Below, in pieces: positions 27,440-37,081 of a stretch of 64,000 nt of DNA. The stretch's first letter is position 1, and every line of letters starts with the position of its first letter. The position numbers and the translations under genes are program-made. The notes under the pieces were generated by a model. The model worked only from the letters and a program-made list of their open reading frames with translations, made no database searches and had not been told where the DNA came from. Origin of the DNA: an uncultured Alphaproteobacteria bacterium. Its GTDB lineage: Bacteria > Pseudomonadota > Alphaproteobacteria > UBA828. The stretch is from NCBI GenBank assembly GCA_913053235.1, contig CAJXFT010000001.1, forward strand, positions 2,785-66,784, written 5' to 3'.

Positions 27440-28618
27440 TCAGGCCGCCGCATTTTCGGCCCAGGGAGATGAAAATTCGGCGGCCTGTTCCGAATATCTC
27501 TTGATCAGGAGTTTTTCGCGCGCCGGCAGGTTGGCGACCAGCGCCGCGATGCGGGGTGCCGCATGGCCATCGCCGTAGAGCGAGGCGCGGGGGGCGCGCG
27601 GCGCCCGCGGAGCGCCTCCCGCCTCGGCCAGCATTGTTCGAATGGTTTCTGGATCGGCGGCAGAATGGCGCACATTGGCCGCCCTCTCGCGCCCCGCCTG
27701 GCGCCCGCCGACATCGATGACCGGCAGGCCGAAAAGGCCCGCTTCGACGATGCCGCTGGATGAATTGCCGAGCATCAGCGCGGCATGGCGCATGGCGTTG
27801 GCATAGAGGCGAACACCGAGAGTATCGCGGAACAGCGCCCACGGACGCGGCGCCGCGAAGGCTTCGATGCGGGCGCGGATTTCGGCGCCGCCCGGATCCG
27901 CGTTGGGCGCGGTCAGCACGGTTGGCCGCGCCGCATCGTCGAGAGCGGCGAGGACCGCTTCAAGCGGGCGCAGTGGCTCCCCGGCATTGGTCTCGGGATG
28001 CACGGTGACGAGGTAGAACCCATCGCCCGAGGAAAGGCCGAGCTCCGCGGCCAATTCGCCGGCGCCCATTTCGGGCGCCGCCAGCAGCCCGTCCAGCCCC
28101 GGCGCGCCGGTGACGTGAATGCGCCACGGCTCCTCTCCCATCCGGCTGAGGCGCGTGGCGGCTTGCACGGTGGCGGCACAGTGCAGATGGGCGAGCTTGC
28201 TAATGGCGTGGCGGATACGCTCATCGACCGCGCCCTCCGAGCTTTCGCCGCCATGCAGATGTATGAGAGGCAGATTAAAGGCCAGCGTCGCCATCGCGGC
28301 AGGCAGCATGTCGAGCCGGTCACCGATCACCAACACGGCGTCGGGTGCGATCTTGGCGGTCAGGCGCACCATCGCCGCGGCAATCTCCGGCGCCGCCGCC
28401 GCCGCCTCGGCTGCCGCGCGCCCGGCGAGATCGGCGCCGCCCCGATGCACCTCGGCCCCGTCCGGCAGGGCGGTGGCGGCCAAGGCCGTGTCGCTGACAT
28501 GCGCGCCGGTCAGGAATATGTGTAATTCCACGCCGGGCTCGGCGGCGAGCAGGCGCCACACCGGCGCGAGAATTCCAACATCGGCGCGGCTGCTGGAAAC
28601 CGAGAGAACAATGCTCAA
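27440..28618 (-). CDS. legG: Hydrolysing UDP/GDP-N-acetylhexosamine 2-epimerase (NeuC/LegG family)
   Basis: NeuC-like: ...VLVIGDRLDMLPAAMATLAFNLPLIHLHGGE...VTVHPET... Confidence 0.75.
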   Translation of the reverse strand: MSIVLSVSSSRADVGILAPVWRLLAAEPGVELHIFLTGAHVSDTALAATALPDGAEVHRGGADLAGRAAAEAAAAAPEIAAAMVRLTAKIAPDAVLVIGDRLDMLPAAMATLAFNLPLIHLHGGESSEGAVDERIRHAISKLAHLHCAATVQAATRLSRMGEEPWRIHVTGAPGLDGLLAAPEMGAGELAAELGLSSGDGFYLVTVHPETNAGEPLRPLEAVLAALDDAARPTVLTAPNADPGGAEIRARIEAFAAPRPWALFRDTLGVRLYANAMRHAALMLGNSSSGIVEAGLFGLPVIDVGGRQAGRERAANVRHSAADPETIRTMLAEAGGAPRAPRAPRASLYGDGHAAPRIAALVANLPAREKLLIKRYSEQAAEFSSPWAENAAA

Positions 28619-29634
28619 CGAGAGCGCTCCACGGCCATGATATCCACCTCGCGGATCGGCTCATCCGCCGCGCGCGCGATCTTGAGGCGATGGCCGATCG
28701 GCGATTGCGCCGCGGATAGTCCTGTCGCCGGCCGTTTCAGGCAAACATCGCCGGCGGCCAACAGCGCGCCCGCCGCAAGGTCGGTCGCCGCGTGCCAGCT
28801 CTTGCGCGCCACTTCGGCAACTTCCAGCTCGGCCGGGCTCGGCGCCTTCACCCCATCGCCAAGAGCCACCTCCGTGGCGCGCAAGCGCGCGCTCATGGCG
28901 GCAAATTCGTCGGGGTTGAGCGATGCCGCATGGTCGGGGCCGGCAAGAGCGTGATCCAGAGTGAGATGTTTCTCGATCACCGAGGCGCCAAGCGCCACGG
29001 CGGCGACCGCCACATGATCGCCAAGGCTATGGTCGGAATAGCCCACCGGGAGATTGAAATGTTGACGCAGGGTCTGCATGGCGCGCAGGTTCACGCTTTC
29101 CATCGGCGCCGGATAGAGCGAGGTACAGTGCAACAGGGTGATGTCGCCGGCGCCGCCCTGGCGCAACGTCTCGACCGCAAGCCGCACTTCTTCAAGCGTC
29201 GCCATGCCGGTCGACAACAGGACCGGCAGGCCGCTCGCGGCGACATGCGCCAGGGCCGGCAGATTGTCGAGCTCACCGGACGCCACCTTGATGCGCCGCA
29301 TGCCCATATCCGTGAGCGCCGCGATCATCGTCGAATCGAACGCGGTGCAGAGAAATTCCATATCGCGGGCGCGGCAATGTTTGGCGATCCCGGCCAATTG
29401 ATCGAGCGAAAGCTCGAGCCGCTCGAGCATCGCGCGCTGCTCGTCATGGCCGGTTTTCTCTCGTTGATAGGCGGCGGTGGGCGCGCCGCCGGCAACCAGG
29501 TCACGGCCGCGGAAGGCCTGAAACTTGACGATATCGGCGCCCGCCCGCGCCGCCGCGTCGACCAGTGCCAGCGCGCGGTCGAACTCGCCATCGTGATTGA
29601 CGCCCGCCTCGGCGATAATCAGCACGGCGCTCAT
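28615..29634 (-). CDS. legI: N-acetylneuraminate/legionaminate synthase (NeuB/LegI)
   Basis: LIIAEAGVNHDGEFDRALALVDAAARAGADIVKFQ NeuB N-terminus and a C-terminal SAF/antifreeze-like domain. Distinct paralog of the PseI-like gene at 7315. Confidence 0.8.
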   Translation of the reverse strand: MSAVLIIAEAGVNHDGEFDRALALVDAAARAGADIVKFQAFRGRDLVAGGAPTAAYQREKTGHDEQRAMLERLELSLDQLAGIAKHCRARDMEFLCTAFDSTMIAALTDMGMRRIKVASGELDNLPALAHVAASGLPVLLSTGMATLEEVRLAVETLRQGGAGDITLLHCTSLYPAPMESVNLRAMQTLRQHFNLPVGYSDHSLGDHVAVAAVALGASVIEKHLTLDHALAGPDHAASLNPDEFAAMSARLRATEVALGDGVKAPSPAELEVAEVARKSWHAATDLAAGALLAAGDVCLKRPATGLSAAQSPIGHRLKIARAADEPIREVDIMAVERSR

Positions 29635-30218
29635 GGCGATCCGTCCTTCATCGAATAGAGATGATTCGCCGGCACAAGATCGCCGTCACCGATCTCGCAT
29701 CGCGGCAGCACGACCGCCGCGGCACCGATCATGGCGCAGCGGCCAACCGTAACGCCGCCGAGAAGAACAGCGCGCGGCGCCAGATGGCTGCCGGCACCGA
29801 GATGTGAATCATGCTCGACAATGGCGCCGGTATTGACGATCGCGGCGGGTCCGATCACGGCGCCCGGCTGAACGACGGCACCGGCAAGAATGATGGCGCC
29901 TTCTTCAATTTGCGCGGAAGGGCTGACATGAGCCGCCGGGTGGCGGATCGGCGGCGCCGCGCGGCCCGATGCGAGATAGCGCTCAAACAGCAAAAAGCGG
30001 CGCTCCAGCATTTTTCGCGTGACGCCCCCCATCCCCAGGACGAAATTCGCCGGATCGACCGATTTCAGAGCCGTCTCGTCATCGCCAATTCGCCGCGCGG
30101 CCAACCAGGACGCCGCCACGCCATCGACATAGGCCGTCAGCGCATGATCGCCCAACGCCTCGACGATGGCCTTGGCATGCCCGCCGGCGCCGACCAGCAG
30201 AATTGTATTGGCGCTCAT
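29631..30218 (-). CDS. Hexapeptide sugar N/O-acetyltransferase (NeuD/PglD/LegH family)
   Basis: MSANTILLVGAGGHAK plus a C-terminal left-handed beta-helix. ATG at 30218 overlaps the stop of LegC by 1 nt. Confidence 0.8.
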   Translation of the reverse strand: MSANTILLVGAGGHAKAIVEALGDHALTAYVDGVAASWLAARRIGDDETALKSVDPANFVLGMGGVTRKMLERRFLLFERYLASGRAAPPIRHPAAHVSPSAQIEEGAIILAGAVVQPGAVIGPAAIVNTGAIVEHDSHLGAGSHLAPRAVLLGGVTVGRCAMIGAAAVVLPRCEIGDGDLVPANHLYSMKDGSP

Positions 30219-31342
30219 TATTGCCCTGCCGATTGGCGCCACATCCCGAGCGCGGCGATAACCCTGGCCTGGTCCTCGGGCGACAGCGAGCTTGATGACG
30301 GCAACACCACAACGCGGCCCGAGATGCCGCGCGAGATGCCGGCCAACTGCCGCGGGCAGTCGGCGTAAGGCGCCTGGGCCGAAAGCGACAGCCAAAAGAT
30401 CGAAGAATCAATCGCCCGCTCGGCCAAATAGGCGACCAGGCCGTCGGCGCAATCGGGCGACGAACACAACACCGCATAAAGCCAATGGCTGCTCAGCGCC
30501 CAATCGCGGCGCGGCATCGGCGTGAGGTCGGCGCGCCCGGCCAATGCCCGATCATAGGTCGCGGCCAGGGCGCGCTTGGCGGCGAGCATGTCATCGAGCC
30601 GTTCGAGTTGGGCCAGGCCAACGGCGGCGTTGAGATTTGTCATGCGATAATTGAAGGCCACTTCATCATGGCGGTATGCCGGCGCCTCGCGGGACTGGGC
30701 GCTCAGTCGGCGCATGCGCTCCGCCGCCCGGCAGTTATTGGTGACCACCATGCCGCCGCCGCCGGCGGTTACCGTCTTGTTGCCGTTAAAGCTGAACACG
30801 GCGAAATCGCCGAAGCCGCCGACCTGGCGTCCCTGATATTGAGCGCCGAGCGCCCCCGCCGCATCCTCGATCAGCGCCACGCCGGCATCCCGGCAGATGG
30901 CGCCGAGCGGCGCCAGCTCGGCCGGATGGCCGAGCGCATGGACGGCGATGACGGCGCGAATGCGGTTGTCCGGCTGCCCGATTATCCGCCGCGCCGCCGC
31001 CACATCGAGGGTCCAGCTGTCATCCGCGATGTCGGCGAAAAACGGCTCGGCGCCGGCATGGAAGACGGCGTTGGCGGTGGCGGCGAATGTCCAATCCGGC
31101 ACCAATACCCGATCGCCCGGGCCGACGCCCGCGGCGAGCAAGGCGAGGTGCAGGCCCGCCGTGCCGTTGACCGTGGCGACGCTATGGGCGGTGCCGGTAA
31201 TCTCAGCCACGCGGCGCTCCATGTCAGCGACAAACGGCCCCGCCGAGGAGACCCAGTTATCGGCGACACAACGCGCCAGATAGGCGGCCTCATTGCCGCG
31301 CAAATCAGGTATGGCGACAGGAATATTGGCCAGCGCGTTCAA
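30218..31342 (-). CDS. legC: DegT-family aminotransferase (LegC/PglE-like)
   Basis: Start is TTG at 31342 in a TTGA overlap with the upstream stop, with GGAG 10 nt upstream. Protein (M)NALANIPVAIPDLRGNEAAYLARCV... is typical of LegC/PglE. Confidence 0.75.
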   Translation of the reverse strand: MNALANIPVAIPDLRGNEAAYLARCVADNWVSSAGPFVADMERRVAEITGTAHSVATVNGTAGLHLALLAAGVGPGDRVLVPDWTFAATANAVFHAGAEPFFADIADDSWTLDVAAARRIIGQPDNRIRAVIAVHALGHPAELAPLGAICRDAGVALIEDAAGALGAQYQGRQVGGFGDFAVFSFNGNKTVTAGGGGMVVTNNCRAAERMRRLSAQSREAPAYRHDEVAFNYRMTNLNAAVGLAQLERLDDMLAAKRALAATYDRALAGRADLTPMPRRDWALSSHWLYAVLCSSPDCADGLVAYLAERAIDSSIFWLSLSAQAPYADCPRQLAGISRGISGRVVVLPSSSSLSPEDQARVIAALGMWRQSAGQ

Positions 31343-32379
31343 GCGCCGTTCTCCGCATTGGCCTGGGCCAAATCGTCGGGCTGGCCGACATCGCGCCAAT
31401 ATTCGTGCAGGGGAAAGATGCCGACCCGAAGGCCTTCGGCGCGCCCGGCCTCGAGAAGCTCCGGCATGTCCACGGAGCGGCCGCGCGGCGTCAATGCGAC
31501 AAACTCCGGCGACAGCATGTAAATGCCGGCGGCGACAAAATAGCTATTGGTCGGCTTTTCCTCGATGCCGGAAAACAATCCGTCTTCGCCGAGCCGCAAC
31601 ACACCAAATGGTATATTCACGTTGTAGCGTGACACCGCCACGGTGCCGTCATGGTTATGCTCGGCATGAAATTTGCGCAGATGGGCGAAATCCACCTGCG
31701 ACACCACATCGCCATTGACCACAATCGTGGTTTCATCGACGCCACCAGGCATCAAGGTCAGTGCACCGACCGTGCCGAGAGGCTGCGGTTCGCGGATGAA
31801 ACTGATCTCGGCGCGATTGCCGCGCGCGGCGACAAACGCTTCCACCTGTTCGGCGCGATAGTGCACGGCTATGGTGATCGCCTCGACGCCACCATCTTCA
31901 AGCTGGCCGAGCAGGCGACCCAGAATGGGCTGCTCGCCGACCGGCAAAAGCGGCTTGGGAACATGCCGGGTCTGGGCGCCCAGGCGCTTGCCGAAGCCGC
32001 CGGCCATGACCAGGGCACGGCTCGCCAACGGCGCGCGGGCCTGAATGAGCACCTCTTGAATGCGCCCCTCGGCATCGACAATCGGCAAAAATTCAGCCCC
32101 GCTCAGTCTGTCGCGGTTGGCCGCGGTATCGCCCGTCCGACCGACGATGGGTGCTGCGTTCATACATTTTTCTACACTGTCTTCGAGTGCGATCTCGCGC
32201 AGCATCGCGCGGCGCACATCGCCATCGGTCACCGTACCGATGACCCGGCGATCGGCGTCGATGACGATCTGAAAGACGTGCGAGCGGTCATTGTTGATGC
32301 GGCTCAACGCCTCGCGAATCGTTGTCTCTCTCGTACAGACGAGATAATCCAAGGCGCTGATGCGTATCATGGCCGACAC
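31339..32379 (-). CDS. CBS-domain pair fused to a sugar-1-phosphate nucleotidyltransferase (PtmE-like)
   Basis: N-terminal tandem CBS domains, then LVMAGGFGKRLG (G-x-G-x-R nucleotidyltransferase) and a left-handed helix tail. First gene of operon A. GTG at 32379 or ATG at 32370. Confidence 0.75.
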   Translation of the reverse strand: MSAMIRISALDYLVCTRETTIREALSRINNDRSHVFQIVIDADRRVIGTVTDGDVRRAMLREIALEDSVEKCMNAAPIVGRTGDTAANRDRLSGAEFLPIVDAEGRIQEVLIQARAPLASRALVMAGGFGKRLGAQTRHVPKPLLPVGEQPILGRLLGQLEDGGVEAITIAVHYRAEQVEAFVAARGNRAEISFIREPQPLGTVGALTLMPGGVDETTIVVNGDVVSQVDFAHLRKFHAEHNHDGTVAVSRYNVNIPFGVLRLGEDGLFSGIEEKPTNSYFVAAGIYMLSPEFVALTPRGRSVDMPELLEAGRAEGLRVGIFPLHEYWRDVGQPDDLAQANAENGA

Positions 32380-32474
32380 CGCCCGCCGCCATCGCCTTGG
32401 CGACGGTCGATCGCGTATAGTGGCGAATATTGTAAACGGGTTGGCGCCAACGCCTGGCGGACCGAGGAGGAAGC
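32380..32474. promoter_or_regulatory. Divergent promoter region between operon A (minus) and the alpha/beta-hydrolase gene (plus)
   Basis: Only non-coding gap at the head of the 19-kb minus operon. Contains the AT-rich core tatagtggcgaatattgtaaac. Confidence 0.4.
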
Positions 32475-33617
32475 ATGCCGCTGCCGGTGTCCCTGCATGT
32501 CAAAACGCTTGCCGTTAAACGGCGCATTGCGCGCCTGCTGGGTGGCGCGGACGACCCTTATCCGGTGCCCCCCGGCGATGTCTGTTTGAGCCCGAGCGAA
32601 TGCCATATTCATGACTATGACGATGTGCCCCTTCGCTTGTCGTGGCGCAACGGGGGTGAGCGAAATGCCGCCGAATGGCAGCATGCGGCGGGCGCCAAAC
32701 TGGCCGAGTTGAGCGGCTATTCGAGGCCTGAAAGATGCCCGCGAGCCCGCCACGAACAAAGCCACGGCCTGCCCGGCAATCTGATCCGCAAAAGCTGTTA
32801 TCTCAGCGCCGGCGCGGCGCGGGACATTCCCATTCATGTGATTTTCAACCCGTCTCTCAAGCAGCGATTGCCGGTGATGATTTGCCTGCAAGGCACGAAT
32901 TCCGGCATTCATCTGAGCTGGGGCGAGGTGCGTCTGCCGATCGATGTGGAGCGCATTCAGCGCGGCGCGCCCAACGCCCTGCAAGCGGCCTCGCGCGGCT
33001 ACATGGCGGTTGCGGTGGAGCAGGCCTGCTTCGGCGAGCGCCGCGAACGCCGTATCGCCAAGCCGTCGCCGGACCCCTGCATCGATGCGGCCAACCACGC
33101 CCTGCTGCTCGGCCGGACCCTCCTTGGTGAGCGCGTGAGCGATATCTCGGCGGTGATCAATTGGCTCGAAAGCGGCGCCCACGGGATGGCGCTCGATCTC
33201 GCCCGCCTGCACATTATGGGCAATTCGTCGGGCGGGACGACGGCGCTCTTCAGCGCCGCGCTTGACAAGCGTATCACCGCCGCGCTGCTCGGCGGCTGCG
33301 TCGGCTATTTCAGAGACACCATCGCCCGGCGCGCGGACAGTAGCGGCCAAAACGTCATTCCGGGAATTCTCAACTGGCTGGAGATAGACGATGTTCTCGC
33401 TCTGGCGGCGCCCATTCCGGTCCTGCTTTTCGCCGGCCGGGAAGATCATATCTGGCCCTATGCCGGCGCCGAGGCGGTGGCCGAATCGGCGCGCGCCGTC
33501 TACCGCGAACTCGGCGCGCCGGACAGGCTGCGCGCGGCTCCAGCCGAGGGCGGGCACAGCTATCACCCGGACGTCGCCTGGCCGGCTTTCGAGGCTTTGT
33601 TGTCGGAGACGGCGTGA
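32475..33617 (+). CDS. Alpha/beta-hydrolase (esterase/dienelactone-hydrolase-like)
   Basis: GNSSGG nucleophile elbow (G-x-S-x-G) and a downstream Asp/His pattern. The antisense ORF 32367..33623 is Arg-rich junk. Confidence 0.7.
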   Translation: MPLPVSLHVKTLAVKRRIARLLGGADDPYPVPPGDVCLSPSECHIHDYDDVPLRLSWRNGGERNAAEWQHAAGAKLAELSGYSRPERCPRARHEQSHGLPGNLIRKSCYLSAGAARDIPIHVIFNPSLKQRLPVMICLQGTNSGIHLSWGEVRLPIDVERIQRGAPNALQAASRGYMAVAVEQACFGERRERRIAKPSPDPCIDAANHALLLGRTLLGERVSDISAVINWLESGAHGMALDLARLHIMGNSSGGTTALFSAALDKRITAALLGGCVGYFRDTIARRADSSGQNVIPGILNWLEIDDVLALAAPIPVLLFAGREDHIWPYAGAEAVAESARAVYRELGAPDRLRAAPAEGGHSYHPDVAWPAFEALLSETA

Positions 33618-33634
33618 CATCATTTTAGATCATT

Positions 33635-34198
33635 TCAGAAAGAAGAGTTGGGCTGGTTCAGAAAAGCGATTTCCTCGGCCGTGCTGTGGCGGCCCAGGGC
33701 GGCGTTGCGGTGCGGAAAGCGGCCGAAGCGGGTGATGATTTCCTGGTGGCGAAGGGTGAATTGAAAACCCTTATCATCTTCGAGATCGCGGAACAGTTCG
33801 ACCGAGCGCGCCTGGTGCGCCGCGTTTTCGCTGTGCTGTAGGGGCATATAGAGAAATCGCCGTTCGTCCTCGCTCATATGCGCATCGAAGCCCCGCGCCA
33901 ATGCCAGATCCATAATCTCGCGCGCCCGGGCGTCCGCCGCATAGGCGCGCGGATCGCCGCGAAAAAGGTTGCGCGAGAACTGGTCGAGCAGGATGATTTC
34001 GCCGAGGCAACCCTCGGGCGTGGCGCGCCAATCGGCGAGCTCGCCGGCCACCGCCCTTTCATGCAGGCCCGAGAATTTCACCCGAATTTCTTCGTCCAGG
34101 GCATCGTCGCGGCTGAACCATTTTTCCGGGTCGGTCTCGACCAGCCAAAAATCGAGCACGGCGCGGATTTCGGAATTTTCGACCGATGGATTGCTCAT
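33635..34198 (-). CDS. DUF924-family protein
   Basis: FWLVETDPEKWFSRDDALDEEI...GEIILLDQFSRNLFRG is characteristic of DUF924. Confidence 0.7.
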   Translation of the reverse strand: MSNPSVENSEIRAVLDFWLVETDPEKWFSRDDALDEEIRVKFSGLHERAVAGELADWRATPEGCLGEIILLDQFSRNLFRGDPRAYAADARAREIMDLALARGFDAHMSEDERRFLYMPLQHSENAAHQARSVELFRDLEDDKGFQFTLRHQEIITRFGRFPHRNAALGRHSTAEEIAFLNQPNSSF

Positions 34199-35055
34199 GC
34201 CGCGCGCCCGGAGCGAATCGAAAGGGTTTCCAACATGACGAAATGGCGGAGCAGCGCGCCTGCAATCAGGCCGGCCACGGGCACGGCGATCATCATCGAG
34301 ATCAAGCGGCGCAATCTGACCGAGCCGTCATAGTAGCTCGGATTTCTCACCGCCTTCAGCCGCTCCAGGGTCAAATCCTGGCAGCTGCCGATATGCCTTT
34401 TGAGGGCGCGGCGATGGAACCACGGCCAGCGCAAGTGGAGATGATCGGGAATGGGCGCGCCGATCATGCGGCCCAGGGCGCGATGCAGCGGCTTTGGAAA
34501 ATAGTGAATCAACCATGCCCGCGTGTGCGAATCATAGGGGGTCAGGCGGTGCGGAATCTGGTGAATGGCCCAGCCGGTCGCCTTTAGGACCCGGCGCTCC
34601 TCGCCAAAATAGGAATCAATGGCGGCATCATCGACATGTTCCAAAACCTGCTGACTGAACACGATATCGATGCAGCCGTCGGGCAGCGCTATGGTTTTCC
34701 CGTCATCGATTGTGAAGCGCGGCGATGGGTGGTGCAGGATTTCCGTCGTGATGCGGTTCTGCATGCCGAGGTCACCGCCGACATCGACGCCGTAAATATT
34801 CGTATAGCCGCGCGCCGCGAGATAGAGCAGCGTCAAGCCGTTGCCGCAGCCATGGTCGAGAATGGCAATTTCACGCCTCTGCCGCGCGCCGCGATATTGC
34901 TCGATCCTGTTCAGTAATATCGCCAGGTGATAGGGCGGCGCATCGGCCGTTCGCTGCACCGTCTGGCAAAATTCCCCCCAGGTCTCGGTGATCGGCCCAC
35001 CGCCCACCTCGCGCAACTTACTGTTGGCCGCTTTGATCTCGGGCCAACTCATCAA
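34195..35055 (-). CDS. Class I SAM-dependent methyltransferase
   Basis: ILDHGCGNGLTLLYLA motif I. 4-nt overlap with the DUF924 gene. Confidence 0.7.
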   Translation of the reverse strand: MMSWPEIKAANSKLREVGGGPITETWGEFCQTVQRTADAPPYHLAILLNRIEQYRGARQRREIAILDHGCGNGLTLLYLAARGYTNIYGVDVGGDLGMQNRITTEILHHPSPRFTIDDGKTIALPDGCIDIVFSQQVLEHVDDAAIDSYFGEERRVLKATGWAIHQIPHRLTPYDSHTRAWLIHYFPKPLHRALGRMIGAPIPDHLHLRWPWFHRRALKRHIGSCQDLTLERLKAVRNPSYYDGSVRLRRLISMMIAVPVAGLIAGALLRHFVMLETLSIRSGRAA

Positions 35056-35099
35056 CGCCGCCCCATTGCACCGGTGGACGGATCGGAAGCGGGTGTGAT

Positions 35100-36134
35100 A
35101 TGAGCGCGGCCATGGCCGGCAACGACAAAAGATTCAGTGGCAAGCGCGTCTTGGTCACCGGCGCCGATGGATTCATCGGCTCGCATCTGGCCGAGGCGCT
35201 GGTGCGGGGCGGCGCCGAGGTGACGGCGCTGGCGCTTTACAATTCCTTCGGCAGCCACGGCTGGCTCGACGAAAGCGCCGACGAGATACGCGCCCAGATG
35301 CGCATCGAGCTCGGCGACGTGCGCGACGGCGCGCAGATGCGCGCCCTCGCCGAAGGCAGCGAAATCGTCTTTCACCTGGCCGCCCTGATCGGCATTCCCT
35401 ATTCCTATGTGGCGGCGCAATCCTGCGTCGATGTCAACATCCACGGCACCCTCAATCTCCTCGAGGCGGCGCGCGCCGGAGCTGTCGGGCGCTTCGTGCA
35501 CACCTCGACGAGCGAGGTCTACGGCTCCGCCCGAACCAAGCCGATCGGCGAGGACCATGCGCTGCACGGCCAATCGCCCTATGCCGCGAGCAAGATCGGC
35601 GCCGACCAGATGGTCGAGGCGTTTGCCCTGTCGCACGGCACGCCCGCCGTCACGCTCCGGCCGTTCAACACCTTCGGGCCGCGCCAGAGCGAGCGCGCCG
35701 TCATCCCCACCGCGATCCGCCAAATGCTCGATCCGGCCTGCGCCGAAATCCGCCTCGGCGATTTGAGCACGACGCGGGATTTCACTTTCGTCGCCGACAC
35801 GGTGCGCGCCTTCCTCGCCCTCGGCGCCGCGCCGGAGGCCGAATTCGGCACCGTCTACAATGCCGGAACCGGCGTCGAGACCGCGATTGGCGACGTGATT
35901 TCGCGGCTCGGCGAGATCACCGGCAACAACAAGCCCACCGTCAGCGACGAAGCGCGTCTGCGCCCCGAGCATTCGGAGGTGCGCGCCCTGGTCGCCGATG
36001 CGGCGCGCCTGACGGCGCTCACGGGCTGGCGCCCGGAGACGGCGCTCGGCGACGGCCTCGGCCAGTGCGTCGAGTGGTGGCGCCAGCGCATCGCCGGCGG
36101 CCGGCAGCGCCGCGATAGCGGCTACGCGCGCTAA
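35100..36134 (+). CDS. NAD-dependent epimerase/dehydratase (extended SDR; UDP-glucuronate decarboxylase / 4,6-dehydratase-like)
   Basis: KRVLVTGADGFIGSHL Rossmann motif and YAASKIGADQM (YxxxK). The antisense ORF 35052..36143 is junk. Confidence 0.8.
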   Translation: MSAAMAGNDKRFSGKRVLVTGADGFIGSHLAEALVRGGAEVTALALYNSFGSHGWLDESADEIRAQMRIELGDVRDGAQMRALAEGSEIVFHLAALIGIPYSYVAAQSCVDVNIHGTLNLLEAARAGAVGRFVHTSTSEVYGSARTKPIGEDHALHGQSPYAASKIGADQMVEAFALSHGTPAVTLRPFNTFGPRQSERAVIPTAIRQMLDPACAEIRLGDLSTTRDFTFVADTVRAFLALGAAPEAEFGTVYNAGTGVETAIGDVISRLGEITGNNKPTVSDEARLRPEHSEVRALVADAARLTALTGWRPETALGDGLGQCVEWWRQRIAGGRQRRDSGYAR

Positions 36135-36139
36135 CCCGC

Positions 36140-37081
36140 TCATTTCCGGCGCTTCCCGGCGGCGCCGCGCGGCGACGCCTGTGTTTCGTCGCTGAGATAG
36201 GCGCTTTCGCCGGCGCCGAGCGAATGCAGATAGCTGCCGTACTCGCTGCCTTTCATCCGCTGCGCCAGGGCGGCGAGTTGTCGGTCGTCGATCAGGCCGC
36301 GGCGAAAGGCGATTTCCTCGGGACAGGAGATCTTGAGCCCTTGGCGCTTTTCCACGGTGGCGACGAAATTGCCGGCCTCGAGCAGCGACTCATGGGTGCC
36401 CATATCGAGCCAGGCGGTGCCGCGGCCAAGCAGCTGGACGCGCAATCCACCCTCTTCGAGATAGGCCTGGTTGACGCTGGTGATCTCCAATTCGCCGCGC
36501 CCCGAGGGTGCTATGCCGCGCACCATGTCGCACACCCGGCCATCGTAATAGTAAAGTCCGGTCACGGCGTAGGACGAGCGCGGCGCCGCCGGCTTTTCCT
36601 CGATGCTCACGACGCTGCCGTCGGCGGCGAACTCGACGACGCCATAGTCTTGCGGCTTGTTGACGTAATAGGCGAACAGGCTGGCGGTGGCGGATTCCAT
36701 GCGCGCGGCCTGGCGCAGCATGCGGCCAAGGCCTTCGCCGTAGAAAATATTGTCGCCCAGAATGAGAGCCACGGGATCGCCAGCGATGAACGCCTCGCCG
36801 ATGACGAAGGCTTCGGCGATGCCGCGCGGCGAAGCTTGCGTCTCGTAGCTGAGCGAGATTCCCCATTTCGCGCCGTCGCCGAGCAAAGTCTCGAACAAAG
36901 GCCGGTCCTCGGGCCGGGTGATGATCAGAATTTCCGCGATATCGGCCAGCATCAGGGTGCTTAAGGGGTAATAGATCATCGGCTTGTCATAGACCGGCAG
37001 CAGCTGCTTGCTGACGCTCAGCGTCGTCGGCGCCAGGCGGGTACCGCTGCCGCCGGCGAGTATGATGCCCTTGCGAATCAT
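36140..37081 (-). CDS. rmlA: Glucose-1-phosphate thymidylyltransferase
   Basis: [46 protein letters not shown] is near-identical in pattern to RmlA. ATG at 37081 overlaps the rmlB stop. Confidence 0.9.
   Translation of the reverse strand: MIRKGIILAGGSGTRLAPTTLSVSKQLLPVYDKPMIYYPLSTLMLADIAEILIITRPEDRPLFETLLGDGAKWGISLSYETQASPRGIAEAFVIGEAFIAGDPVALILGDNIFYGEGLGRMLRQAARMESATASLFAYYVNKPQDYGVVEFAADGSVVSIEEKPAAPRSSYAVTGLYYYDGRVCDMVRGIAPSGRGELEITSVNQAYLEEGGLRVQLLGRGTAWLDMGTHESLLEAGNFVATVEKRQGLKISCPEEIAFRRGLIDDRQLAALAQRMKGSEYGSYLHSLGAGESAYLSDETQASPRGAAGKRRK

Noticed and set aside
32380-32474. Possible ops/JUMPstart element (GGCGGTGTCGG) in the operon A leader
   Set aside because: It matches the GGCGGTAGnnTG consensus only partially and lies within ~10 nt of the start codon, so it was not called.
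32367-33623. 418-aa minus-strand ORF antisense to the alpha/beta hydrolase
   Set aside because: Low-complexity Arg-rich translation. The plus-strand frame has a GxSxG nucleophile elbow and a sensible hydrolase fold.
35052-36143. 363-aa minus-strand ORF antisense to the NAD-epimerase gene
   Set aside because: Gly/Arg/Ala-rich junk. The plus-strand frame has Rossmann GxxGxxG and YxxxK motifs.
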